DNA from: Stramenopiles sp. TOSAG23-2 | Lineage: Eukaryota | Assembly (NCBI GenBank): GCA_900128395.1 | Contig: LT649296.1 | Location: 1-43,045 of the forward strand | Direction of reading: 5' to 3' | Length of the DNA: 43,045 bases | Part shown: piece after piece, positions 12,121-22,049 of the stretch | Position numbering within the stretch: the first letter of the stretch is position 1 | Layout: each line of letters starts with the position of its first letter | Notes under the pieces: model-generated | Database searches by the model: none | What the model was told of the DNA's origin: nothing | The model's input: the letters and a program-made list of their open reading frames with translations, nothing else | Translations under genes and position numbers: made by a program

Positions 12121-12591
12121 GCCCAACCAATTGCTGGTTACATTATAGCTTGTCGTGCCATTGGTGGTAGAGAACGTAAGCCGGAAACTACGAATAGTCC
12201 AAAAATGTCTTCCTTCGATGATGATAGTACAAACTCGAATGAAAATGGAGAAGATGTAGAAAATATAAATGGATTGAAATCAATTAAATTAAAGGATGGT
12301 TTATTAGTCTTACCGGATGGGTATGAGCTTGCTGGTGCGACAGTTGGTAAAAATGCTACAAAATTTGTTTTCAAACGTCCAAAAATTCGTGCATTTTATA
12401 CATTTAGAGTTTGTTGTTACAATCATATTGGTCAAAGTGAATTTACCACTTCTCCGCCATCAATCCAAGTGCCTAGTAAAGTTGAATATATAGCTAAACA
12501 ACAGAAACTTAAAATGGAAAAAATTAAAGCAGAGAAAAAAAGACGAGCTGAGGCAAAGAAAAAGGCATTGTTGTTAGCGCAACAGCAATAA
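12121..12591 (+). CDS. 3' fragment of a fibronectin type III domain protein with a coiled-coil tail
   Basis: The frame is open upstream of the called ATG (AQPIAGYII). YTFRVCCYNHIGQSEF is an FN3 F/G-strand signature; the 5' part of the domain is absent. Confidence 0.7.
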   Translation, partial: AQPIAGYIIACRAIGGRERKPETTNSPKMSSFDDDSTNSNENGEDVENINGLKSIKLKDGLLVLPDGYELAGATVGKNATKFVFKRPKIRAFYTFRVCCYNHIGQSEFTTSPPSIQVPSKVEYIAKQQKLKMEKIKAEKKRRAEAKKKALLLAQQQ

Positions 12592-12836
12592 AAGTGTCTT
12601 TGGTTAAAATCTAAGAGTTTATATATAATAATTTTACACTTCTCGTGTTAAGTAATATATGATATATGCATACTCAATACTCAATCGCAAGAATAATATT
12701 CTATATCCTACTATGGTAAAGCTCTAATGCACTTCTGCAAACTAATACTCTACAAGCATGAGCGTAGGTTTCTATCCTTCCATGCGCACTCATGTTTTAT
12801 ATATATATTATATATATTTTATGAAAATATGGTATT

Positions 12837-15836
12837 TTAAACCAACGCCGTGAGTTGATCTTCGCTGTCATAAAACAACTTGTAGAACTCTTTCTCATCG
12901 TTTTCAGAATCCAAATCCATTTTAGTTTCTGAATTAGATGAATCGCGTTTAACAATTGTGTTATATCCCCAGTTTCCTATAAGGCGTATTTCTGCGTTGT
13001 TTCCCGTATGGGGGCTCTTTTGCAACATATTTTCAGAATTTGGAAACAATGGCAGAGGCTCCTCTACTATTTCAACGTTATCATCATTCTCTAGCTGGGA
13101 ACATTCTACTAGATCTACTTCGTCGTCGTCGTCGTCATTATCATTATCCTCTTCCCCAATCTTTTCGATATCATTCAATGCCGTTTTTTCCGCAAGAAAC
13201 ATTTGTTGTATGATGATGAATCTATCCAAATTTGGAATTGGTCTTTTAAAGCGTGGACGATGCTCCGTAAAAAGTTTTTTAAATTCCTTTACCCGCGAAT
13301 CGCTTTCAATATTACTTAAATTATTCCACCTAAATATAATAAAAAAACTGAGTATCGCGCTTGGGCTGCGGCTACGGCCGCGGTTACAACAAATAAATAC
13401 ATTTTTATTTTGATTCAGTGCATTATTTATTACCTTCGCATGTGTTTGTAAGGCTAATTTCGCTTTTTCGACCTCCCTTGTACCATTGGGAACGTGGTCT
13501 AAAAGGTTGAGGCACTTCACAACGACATATGTATTTGAATCCAATACATTCGACCCTACTATTGCATCAATGCAAGATTCACTTCCACAAAAAAGCATCC
13601 CATTTGTTTGATTATCATTTATAGCAACGATGCCTTCCATTCTCTTTTTCGTTGTTAAAATTTCATAATCTGGTTTCATTAAATCTTCATAGGTAAACAA
13701 TAGTGGTGCTGCTGCTGCCTCTTTGCATTGTTGTTCCTTTTCCCCTTCTTGTTTGTTCATACGTTTTAATTGTTCTAATGAAATATGTTGTTCCTTTGGC
13801 AAAAATGCATTGAAATCTAAAATTAATTGATCGTGGCCACGGAACAATTGCAAAACTTGTTGAATGACACCAGGTTTATCTACCGTATGCGCTTTAAACT
13901 TTTTCATAATATCGAGAAACTTTGTATAAATATGTGGTTGTAGATCAAATTCCATTTTTACATTTGCTAAATATGTCAATGAGATCTCGTTCCTTTCTTT
14001 TTCCAATGCCTCGATTGCCCTCATCCAATATGATCTTAGTTTTGGGTTGTTTGGAGTGTTTTTCAACTTATTTTCGATTTCGTCAATTTTATACTCCAAT
14101 TCTTGTATTGTACAACGTTTTTCCATTTCATCTTTATTTGATTTTTGTATCGTGGCAATATGCTCATCTGAACTGCTTAGTGATCGTGGCCGTTCCGATT
14201 CTTCTGACATATTTACATATTTTCTTCCTACTTGTTCCATTTCTACAAGTCTTGGCAATTTAGTACCTGCAGTAGGTCTCGATGATCTTCTTGTTACTAA
14301 TATGGAATCGTCTTCAATGTTATTTTCTTTCGTTTCCTTCACCTCTTTTTCACATACGGAGCTGCTATCATCTTCCTTGTTTTCCTCTTCCCACGATCTC
14401 TGTGCATGATCAAAATCAATCTTTACTTCATAAAGTGGATCAACATCTTTTTTTTCAGATACTCTCACCATGTTTTCATATTCAACTTCATGTTTTTGTT
14501 GATCTGTTAATGGTGAATTATTACTACTAGCTTCTCGAGATTTTAAAGTTAAATATTCTCGTTTAACTTTTGTTGCAGCAAGTACGTCGTATTTCATAAT
14601 ACCAAATGTCTCATGGCGGTGGTAACATGGAGATCTTTTGCCAGTACCTTTCATAAAAACTTTGTCGCTATGTAAAATAGTAATATCATACGTCATATCA
14701 TCGTTAATTTTCATTATCTTTCCTTCCATCATAAAAGTTTCTTTTGATTTGCCTCGTGGAACTTTGTAAAGTTTTTTATTCATTTGTACAACAGATGGTT
14801 GAAACGATACAACATTTCCAACTTGTAACAATTTAATTTGATAATTGTCACACTCAATATCATCTTCATCATCTTCATCAGTACACATACCATCATCATC
14901 TTCCGAATCTGAAATCAAAGAAATAGGCGCGTCACTGCTAGTGCCTAATGTGAACTGTGGTAGAATTGTAGATGGTTCTCTCTGCGGTAGTAATGATGGT
15001 GGTGATGGTGCTTGCAATTGCCCGGGCTCATCATTAAGGATATTACTTTCTTCCAAAGAATTCATACCACTACTACTATTAATACTACTACTATTACTGT
15101 TACTAGTATCACTACGACTGCTTTGTACAATAGCTCTTTGTCCTGATGATATTGGCCAAATAGGACGATCATTTTTATCTTTTAATAAAACATCACCATT
15201 CAATATCCATTTGATTAAAGATTTAAAACCGTTTTCCCTAGGATTTCTGTATGCATATTTTGCTTGGCTTAGAAGCTTCAATCTTTCCCCTCGATGAGCG
15301 TCGTATGTGACATAAACGCCAAATTTGTTTCGCTTGAATTGACCATTGATCCAAGGATATTGATCCTCCGGTACAGGTGCAATAACATTCTTTTTAGAAA
15401 GCAATTGCGGGTATAATTGAAAAAAAACAGACAATTTAAATTGGAAAAAACATTTGAAATTGGTTTTAGGGCCAAAGAACATATCAATAATTTTTGCCGT
15501 ATCGTCATCATCGTCTTCGTCGTTAGGTCTTGTTGTTAATAACTCTTTGTCTTCTTCGACTTGTGCTTTCATTGAAGATTTATCAATAACAACATTGCCA
15601 GGAAAGAAATTTTCAAGACAAATCTTTTTCGATATAGATGGTGCAGGGTCTTTTTCACCGCTTAGCATATGATCTTGCAATTTTCTTAAGGCACTATGTT
15701 TCCTTTTCTTTGACTTATCCTTTTCTTTTCTCTTTACATTATTTATGTTGTTTTCCTGCTCATCATTTTGAATATCTACTCTTTCATTCCTCATTTGTTG
15801 TTGTTTATTATTTCCTGGTGTCGTTCTCATATCCAT
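12837..15836 (-). CDS. Large protein with a Sin3-type PAH domain (~13797-13985) and a C-terminal dual-specificity phosphatase domain (~13200-13610)
   Basis: SLTYLANVKMEF...PHIYTKFLDIMKKFK..VDKPGVIQQVLQLFRGHDQLILDFNAFLP (PAH); LFCGS, VFICCNRGRSRSPSAILSF (CX5R), RP..PN. The ATG at 15836 is preferred over 15956. Confidence 0.85.
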   Translation of the reverse strand: MDMRTTPGNNKQQQMRNERVDIQNDEQENNINNVKRKEKDKSKKRKHSALRKLQDHMLSGEKDPAPSISKKICLENFFPGNVVIDKSSMKAQVEEDKELLTTRPNDEDDDDDTAKIIDMFFGPKTNFKCFFQFKLSVFFQLYPQLLSKKNVIAPVPEDQYPWINGQFKRNKFGVYVTYDAHRGERLKLLSQAKYAYRNPRENGFKSLIKWILNGDVLLKDKNDRPIWPISSGQRAIVQSSRSDTSNSNSSSINSSSGMNSLEESNILNDEPGQLQAPSPPSLLPQREPSTILPQFTLGTSSDAPISLISDSEDDDGMCTDEDDEDDIECDNYQIKLLQVGNVVSFQPSVVQMNKKLYKVPRGKSKETFMMEGKIMKINDDMTYDITILHSDKVFMKGTGKRSPCYHRHETFGIMKYDVLAATKVKREYLTLKSREASSNNSPLTDQQKHEVEYENMVRVSEKKDVDPLYEVKIDFDHAQRSWEEENKEDDSSSVCEKEVKETKENNIEDDSILVTRRSSRPTAGTKLPRLVEMEQVGRKYVNMSEESERPRSLSSSDEHIATIQKSNKDEMEKRCTIQELEYKIDEIENKLKNTPNNPKLRSYWMRAIEALEKERNEISLTYLANVKMEFDLQPHIYTKFLDIMKKFKAHTVDKPGVIQQVLQLFRGHDQLILDFNAFLPKEQHISLEQLKRMNKQEGEKEQQCKEAAAAPLLFTYEDLMKPDYEILTTKKRMEGIVAINDNQTNGMLFCGSESCIDAIVGSNVLDSNTYVVVKCLNLLDHVPNGTREVEKAKLALQTHAKVINNALNQNKNVFICCNRGRSRSPSAILSFFIIFRWNNLSNIESDSRVKEFKKLFTEHRPRFKRPIPNLDRFIIIQQMFLAEKTALNDIEKIGEEDNDNDDDDDEVDLVECSQLENDDNVEIVEEPLPLFPNSENMLQKSPHTGNNAEIRLIGNWGYNTIVKRDSSNSETKMDLDSENDEKEFYKLFYDSEDQLTALV

Positions 15837-16437
15837 TTTTGTTAAAAAAAATTGTGCATATACCTGTATGTCAACATGTATCCAAAAAAAGATATGGGGT
15901 ATATATATATATATAGATGTACGTATGAAATCTCTTTTTGTTGTCTGTGGTGTCATGAATACATCAACATATTAGTGCAGTACATAATTATATATGTTTT
16001 TCTATTCTAGTATTAATTATATACCAAAATTTTTTATATGATGTGCAGTGTTAAAAAAATAGAAGTCAAAACAGGTCAATCATTTTTTACAGAGAGGTAG
16101 AAAATTAGAGGTAGTTTGCTCGTTTGCTCGTCATTTCCCTCTTATCTTCCTTTCTGTACTTCATAAAATACATATTTATTGGCCACCTATATGAAAATAA
16201 TATGAAAATAGTATTAATTATGTTTGTTTGATAGGGGAAAGAGCTGATACAGCATCACACAAACGCTTAATATGAAGAAGAAAAATGACCAACATCACCA
16301 CCTTTGCACTTTTATATTTAAAATTTGAAATTTTTAAAAAAAAAAAATACATTTTATTAGATTTATACAATCATCTCTCTTGGTATACACGAAAATACTA
16401 AGTAAGACGAAAAGTATATTATTTACATATTATAAAT

Positions 16438-18606
16438 ATGATAAGGCGCAGTAACCGAATTGCGACAAACCGTGACAAATCGATAGGCAGCATTTGTATT
16501 TTAGCGAATGGGGAGCCATTACTATTGAAATTCATTATAGCCTTTCTTGATGCAAAAGCAACTAAAAATTTTATTACATCTAGCATTGTAAAAATATTTA
16601 ATTCATTTATGGACAAGACTCTATATGACAGTGACAGAATTATACAATTTTTTGTGACTGAAAGAAGTGGAAGGGGCCATTACAGTGATATGATAAATAA
16701 CTATATATTGTCAGCAAGATCAAATCATAGCATGTATTATTTGTCCGTGTTTTCTGAAACGCAAATGATTTTATATAAAGATGCATTTTATTGTAAATTG
16801 AAAGCTATTACTTATGGTTCAACAAATTTGCCTTTAGTAAGTGCGGCCGGAAAAAACAGCCCAGTTCACGTTGAAATATTAGTTGAAGGTGGGGAAGATG
16901 TTAATAAAGCGCACGCTCCTGATGGTATCACACCATTACTAAATGCAATTAGCAACAATAATATTCATATTGTTAAGAAATTGTTAACTTATGATTCAAT
17001 AGATATTAACAGACCGGGTAAGTGTAAAGGTCGTAAATATTGGATGCCAGAAAGATCAGTAACGCCTTTGTTTAAAGCCATATTAGATAACCATGGCGAT
17101 ATTACAAAAACATTATTGAGGCACAAATCAATTGATGTGAATCGAGGGAGAACAGATACCGAAGAGACACCATTGCATGTTGCTGCAACAGTTGGTAATA
17201 ATGATGTCGTGAAGTTGATATTAAAGCAGAAATCTATTGATGTTAATAAAGTTGCGACAGATCATGCCGGAGAAACGCCGTTGTGTGCCGCTGCAAGAGC
17301 TGGGCATGTAACTATTGTGAAGTCATTGTTAACCGTCGAATCAATTGATGTTAATAAAGCAAGAATAGATAATGGAGAAACGCCCTTGTATACTGCTGCG
17401 ACGAATGGACATTTAACCGCTGTTAAGTTATTACTAAAGCACGAATCTATTGGTAGTTGTACCGATGTTAATAAGGCAAGAATAGATAATGGCTACACAC
17501 CATTATTGACAGCTTTAAATGGAGGATCAAGTTATTCTACAAGACGACTATCTAAAAATTATGTTGATATTGTTACTCTATTATTGAAACATGAAACAAT
17601 AAATGTTATCAAAGCTTCAACTGAAGACGGGGTCACAGCTTTGTATACTGCAGCAAAGAAAGGCCATACAAATTTTATAAAGATATTGTTTTCAAAATGC
17701 AAATTTCTTGATGTTAACAATGCAAGAATGGACAATGGAGAGACACCTTTGTATGCGGCTGCATGCGCCGGTCATATAAATGTTGTAAAGTTGTTGTTAA
17801 AGCTCGAATCAATTGATGTTAATAAGGCAAGAACAGACAATGGAAAGACGCCTTTATATGCTGCTGCAGACGCCGGTCATACAAACATGGTAAAACTATT
17901 ATTAAATATTGAATCCATTGATGTAAATAAAGCAAGAATAGATCGTGGAGAAACACCCTTGTTTACTGCTTCGGAATCTGGGTTTAGTGATATAGTCCAA
18001 GTACTATTACAACATGAATCAATTGGTAGCAGTATTGATGTTAACAAAGCAAGCGCGGATAACGGAAAGACAGCATTATATGTTGCTGTTGCAAGGAAAC
18101 ACACCAAGATAGTCAAATTACTATTAAAACATGAGTCTATTGAGGTAGATAAAGCAAGAACTGACACTGGTGCTACACCATTTTTTAAAGCTGCAGAAAC
18201 GGGTTGTGTGGAGGTACTACAACTACTAAAAGATAGTGGGGCGGATGTACATACGAAATTAACAAAGGGAAACTATAAAAATGCTAATTCGATATTCGCT
18301 GCAGCTTGGCAAGGAAAAATAAAGAGCATCAAATTGCTGTTAAGTTGGAATATAGATTCAGACAAATCTACAGATAATGGCGTTCATCCTATCCATGCCG
18401 CGATAAGAAATAACCACCTTTCTGCTGCTAAATTTCTGTTTTTCGTGTTAAACAGGTATAGGCGCAAATCTTTCATTCATACATTAAATTCACATGAGTT
18501 TTCTAAATTATTAAAAAAAGTGGCGTCAACACCGTTTTTTTCTACTATAGTAGGAAATACAGTACAGAACAACAGAGGATATCGCTGGGGTGGTCGTTTT
18601 CATTAG
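16438..18606 (+). CDS. Ankyrin repeat protein (roughly 15 repeats)
   Basis: Repeated GETPLYxAAxxGHxxxVKLLLxxxSIDVNKA units. Confidence 0.95.
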   Translation: MIRRSNRIATNRDKSIGSICILANGEPLLLKFIIAFLDAKATKNFITSSIVKIFNSFMDKTLYDSDRIIQFFVTERSGRGHYSDMINNYILSARSNHSMYYLSVFSETQMILYKDAFYCKLKAITYGSTNLPLVSAAGKNSPVHVEILVEGGEDVNKAHAPDGITPLLNAISNNNIHIVKKLLTYDSIDINRPGKCKGRKYWMPERSVTPLFKAILDNHGDITKTLLRHKSIDVNRGRTDTEETPLHVAATVGNNDVVKLILKQKSIDVNKVATDHAGETPLCAAARAGHVTIVKSLLTVESIDVNKARIDNGETPLYTAATNGHLTAVKLLLKHESIGSCTDVNKARIDNGYTPLLTALNGGSSYSTRRLSKNYVDIVTLLLKHETINVIKASTEDGVTALYTAAKKGHTNFIKILFSKCKFLDVNNARMDNGETPLYAAACAGHINVVKLLLKLESIDVNKARTDNGKTPLYAAADAGHTNMVKLLLNIESIDVNKARIDRGETPLFTASESGFSDIVQVLLQHESIGSSIDVNKASADNGKTALYVAVARKHTKIVKLLLKHESIEVDKARTDTGATPFFKAAETGCVEVLQLLKDSGADVHTKLTKGNYKNANSIFAAAWQGKIKSIKLLLSWNIDSDKSTDNGVHPIHAAIRNNHLSAAKFLFFVLNRYRRKSFIHTLNSHEFSKLLKKVASTPFFSTIVGNTVQNNRGYRWGGRFH

Positions 18607-18661
18607 AGAGGATCCGGCTATGATATAATATAATGCATAATTATAAAATATATATAAAATG

Positions 18662-18696
18662 TTCTCTTACTCATATATAACATATGAGTAAGAGAA
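18662..18696. repeat. Perfect hairpin, 15-bp stem and 5-nt loop
   Basis: TTCTCTTACTCATAT ATAAC ATATGAGTAAGAGAA. Confidence 0.85.
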
Positions 18697-18732
18697 AAAC
18701 ACATATATGATTATACAGTACTATAATGCAAC

Positions 18733-18758
18733 GTACTCCCTGCCCTAGCAGGGAGTAC
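18733..18758. repeat. Perfect hairpin, 11-bp stem and 4-nt loop; TA-CTCCCTGC...GCAGGGAG-TA
   Basis: GTACTCCCTGC CCTA GCAGGGAGTAC. Confidence 0.85.
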
Positions 18759-18965
18759 TGTATGTATATAATGTACGGGAGATAAAAAGTATGCATACAT
18801 TTTTTTTTACGAAGAGTATGATTAATTTAAATTTATACGTGCATAATAGTATGATATCCAGTGTATGATAAAAAGCCTATCATATTTTTTAATACGTTCA
18901 TGATGTATATATAAATATCACTCACACACATACCCCTTTACATGCAAAATTAAGTGTGTGTCGTT

Positions 18966-19240
18966 TTAATCACTAATACCATGATACTCATACAATCCTT
19001 TTTGTATCCAAACTCCACATATATTTGAAAATAATATCCCAATACTATCAGCAATCGAAGCAGCAGACAAACTAAATTCACGTTTATCCTCTTCAACATC
19101 TTCCGCAATCAATGCAAATGCACCAACATAAACAGCACCACCAATTAAACCAACAATGAAACTTGGTAACAATAATGTCCAATCGTACCAAAACATGTAA
19201 TAAGCATCAAGAATAAAGAAAAACATCAATGCAATTTGTA

Positions 19241-19276
<36 letters not shown>

Positions 19277-20408
19277 TGTTAGGAGAAAGGTCAATAATAT
19301 ATTTAGAAACAAATTATATACTTTGAACTTACAATGGCAATATCCATATCATCTTTAAATTAGATTTAATATACAATCCACTAGATCGACTAAAAAATAC
19401 ACCAATTTGATATGTAAAGTTTGCATATTCATAAAATGTATTACGTGCAGTCTTGCTTGTAATTGGAAATCCAATGGCAGCCCATGTACCAGATTGTGTA
19501 GCATATTCAGCAAAATATACTAAAAATAAAGGTATCATATATTTCCATAACTTCATAGTGTTATGTAAACGCTCCATTGTTGACATTGTCGATGCAGCTT
19601 TAGATAAATCAACCTTGTCATTTCCATTTCTATCTTTATTGTCATTATTATCATTAGAAATATCATTTAAACTTTCAATTTCATCTGATAATGTATAACT
19701 TTTATCCAATAATGTATCTTGTTGATCCAAATGGTTTTTATTATTAGTAGTAGTAGTATTATCCCGATTAATATTTGATGGCCATGGTAAATACTTGAAA
19801 ATAACAATATACCAGACAAGTGGTAAAATATTTGCAAGCAATAGACATGCTGCAAATGAAAAATTCATTCCATATACTAATATGCTAACCCATGCATATC
19901 CAAAAATACCAGCAATGCCTGTTCCACTGCTCCATCCAGTCAGCACAAGGCGTGAATCATTATAAAATGCTGATAATGCTAAAAAACTCGCTTCACCCAA
20001 TCCAGATTGAAAGGATATTATGGCAATCCCTAAAAATTGCAAAATTTTTGAGTTCACAACTTGACCTAACGCTACTATCAGAAATGCTATAATCATACAT
20101 ATTGCAGCTATTTGAAACCTTTTTTTATATGATACCTTGTGAAACCAATATGGGCCAGTTAACTTTGTGATAAACGATGGGGCGACATTGCATACGTAGA
20201 CAAAACCGACAGCGGACGGTGCAATTTCTTTTGCGCCCGCGTTCATAATAACATAGGTTGAATTATTTAAAATGCCAATTAAAAAGAAAGTGATGAATTC
20301 ACGTGTTAAATATGGTGAAGATGATTTATTGTTATTATTATCATCATCATCATCATTACGAGTAGCAGAAATACTTTCATCAGGTTGCTCAATCGAAAAA
20401 CTATTCAT
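18966..20408 (-). CDS. CLN3: Battenin/CLN3 (Btn1) family lysosomal membrane protein, two exons (20408-19333, 19242-18966), ~450 aa
   Basis: FFLIGILNNSTYVIM, SGLGEASFL, WSSGTGIAG, YMIPLFLVYFAEY, YQIGVFFSRSS, GLIGGAVYV, ADSIGI. A phase-2 intron joins the two ORFs. Confidence 0.95.
19243..19332 (-). other. Spliceosomal GT-AG intron (90 nt)
   Basis: GTAAGT donor at 19332, (AT)n tail, AG ending at 19243; splicing gives ILPF-IQIAL in frame. Confidence 0.9.
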
Positions 20409-20675
20409 GTTAATATATATATGATTTATTATTTTACATGTATGTATATATATATATATATATGTGAAGCAGAAATACTTTCATCAGGTTGCTCAATCGA
20501 AAAACTATTCATGTTAATATATATATGATTTATTATTTTACATGTATGTATATATATATATATATATGTGAAGCAGAAATACTTTCATCAGGTTGCTCAA
20601 TCGAAAAACTATTCATGTTAATATATATATATATGATTTATTATTTTACATGTATGTATATATATATATGTGAAG
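20364..20675. repeat. Three tandem copies, period ~104 bp, spanning the CLN3 start codon
   Basis: AGCAGAAATACTTTCATCAGG at 20364, 20468 and 20572; copies differ in (TA)n length. Confidence 0.92.
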
Positions 20676-20720
20676 TACCATTCGTATTTTTTTGTTTTGT
20701 TCTTTGTTTTTTTAATTAGT

Positions 20721-20820
20721 GTATTCTGGTCGGCGGCGGTATTCGATATTCGATTCCTCCCCTGTGATGATGGTATATTCTTCTGGTATTCCAGGTATTC
20801 TGGTATTCCAGTATTCCTCC
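20721..20820. repeat. GTATTC motif cluster in a divergent intergenic region
   Basis: GTATTC at 20721, 20739, 20786, 20795, 20803 and 20811. Confidence 0.7.
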
Positions 20821-21010
20821 AGTTTTATTATTAATAATAATATGCCTATCCTTATGGTAGATATGGATAATAACAACAACCGTTATAAATTAAATAAATA
20901 GTATCATATAATAGCTGGATAGATAGATTTATATAACATATACAGATAAAACAAAAATATTGCAGTATACCCCTCCACACCTCTAACAAAAGTAGTTATA
21001 TAAAGATAAT

Positions 21011-21949
21011 ATGGGTGGCGGTGTATCAATCAATCAAGATGCAATAACATCATTAAAAGAAGAATCTGAAAAACCAATAGATTTATCTGATAATCCAAGC
21101 AATATTAAACAAGAAATTATTAAAATAAGAACGCTTATGATAGAATTTAAACAATTCAAACAATTTGAACAAGAAAGTGGAAAACCAATAGATGCATCGG
21201 ATATTCCAGACGATGGAAAAGCTGAATTAACAAGAATTCGTGAATATCTCGGAAAAATTTTTGCACAAGATAATTATAAAAAAGTGGAAGAAGAAATCAC
21301 GAAAGAACAACGGACTGTAGAAACAGGAAATATTGTCCAAACTGAAGCAACAGCAACAACAGAAACTGCAAATGAAGGTGATACTAATACCGCTACTACC
21401 ATTACAACGAAAAACAATACGGATAATAGTGCAACAACGACAGATAATACTGTATCTGTTGTCACATCAAATGAAACCACTATCGCATCAACTTTTTCAA
21501 TTGGCCAACGTGTTCGTGCAAAATTCGCGGGCAAAGGCCATTTTTATAATGGAAAAATTACAGCTGTAAACGAAGATGGAACGTATTACATAGATTATGA
21601 TGATGGTGATTTTGAAGATGATGCAAAAGCTGAAAATATAAAAGTCATTGAACCAAAAGCATTGTCCACAGCTACTAATACTATTTCTACTACTACTTCT
21701 ACTACTGCTGCTACTACAACGTCAGAAACAAATAATATAAATAATGAATCTACTACTGAGAAATCTGAAGCATCAGCTACAACATCAACAAATGTAGAAG
21801 AACAAACAACAGTAGAAAGCAATACAAATGAAACAAATACAACTGTTACATCTGTACCAACAACCACAAATACTGAAGAAACAAGTACGATTGAAACGAC
21901 AACTAGTGATGTGAATGAAACAACAACTACTGATAATAATAGTAGCTAA
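21011..21949 (+). CDS. Putatively N-myristoylated protein with a Tudor/Agenet-like domain and Thr-rich regions
   Basis: MGGGVS start; two ESxKPIDxSD repeats; FSIGQRVRAKF...FYNGKITAVNEDGTYYIDYDDGDFE. Confidence 0.75.
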   Translation: MGGGVSINQDAITSLKEESEKPIDLSDNPSNIKQEIIKIRTLMIEFKQFKQFEQESGKPIDASDIPDDGKAELTRIREYLGKIFAQDNYKKVEEEITKEQRTVETGNIVQTEATATTETANEGDTNTATTITTKNNTDNSATTTDNTVSVVTSNETTIASTFSIGQRVRAKFAGKGHFYNGKITAVNEDGTYYIDYDDGDFEDDAKAENIKVIEPKALSTATNTISTTTSTTAATTTSETNNINNESTTEKSEASATTSTNVEEQTTVESNTNETNTTVTSVPTTTNTEETSTIETTTSDVNETTTTDNNSS

Positions 21950-22049
21950 TAGTATTATAATTAAAATTGCCATGATTGATGATTAATTTTTTTTCTAAAA
22001 AATTTAACTTTATTTATTTTTTAAAAAAGGTTTTTCTTTCTCCATTTGC

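Noticed and set aside
12757..12794. Hairpin CATGAG...CTCATG between convergent genes
   Set aside because: Needs several bulges and G-T pairs; not distinguishable from chance.
15837..15956. N-terminal 40 aa of the 1039-aa ORF
   Set aside because: Runs through a (TA)n tract and looks like UTR; the ATG at 15836 is more plausible.
16500..16580. F-box-like motif at the ankyrin N-terminus (LLKFIIAFLD)
   Set aside because: Too short and degenerate to support without a profile search.
16438..18606. Endogenous giant virus or Polinton region
   Set aside because: No capsid, packaging ATPase, polymerase or integrase gene; the neighbours are host genes.
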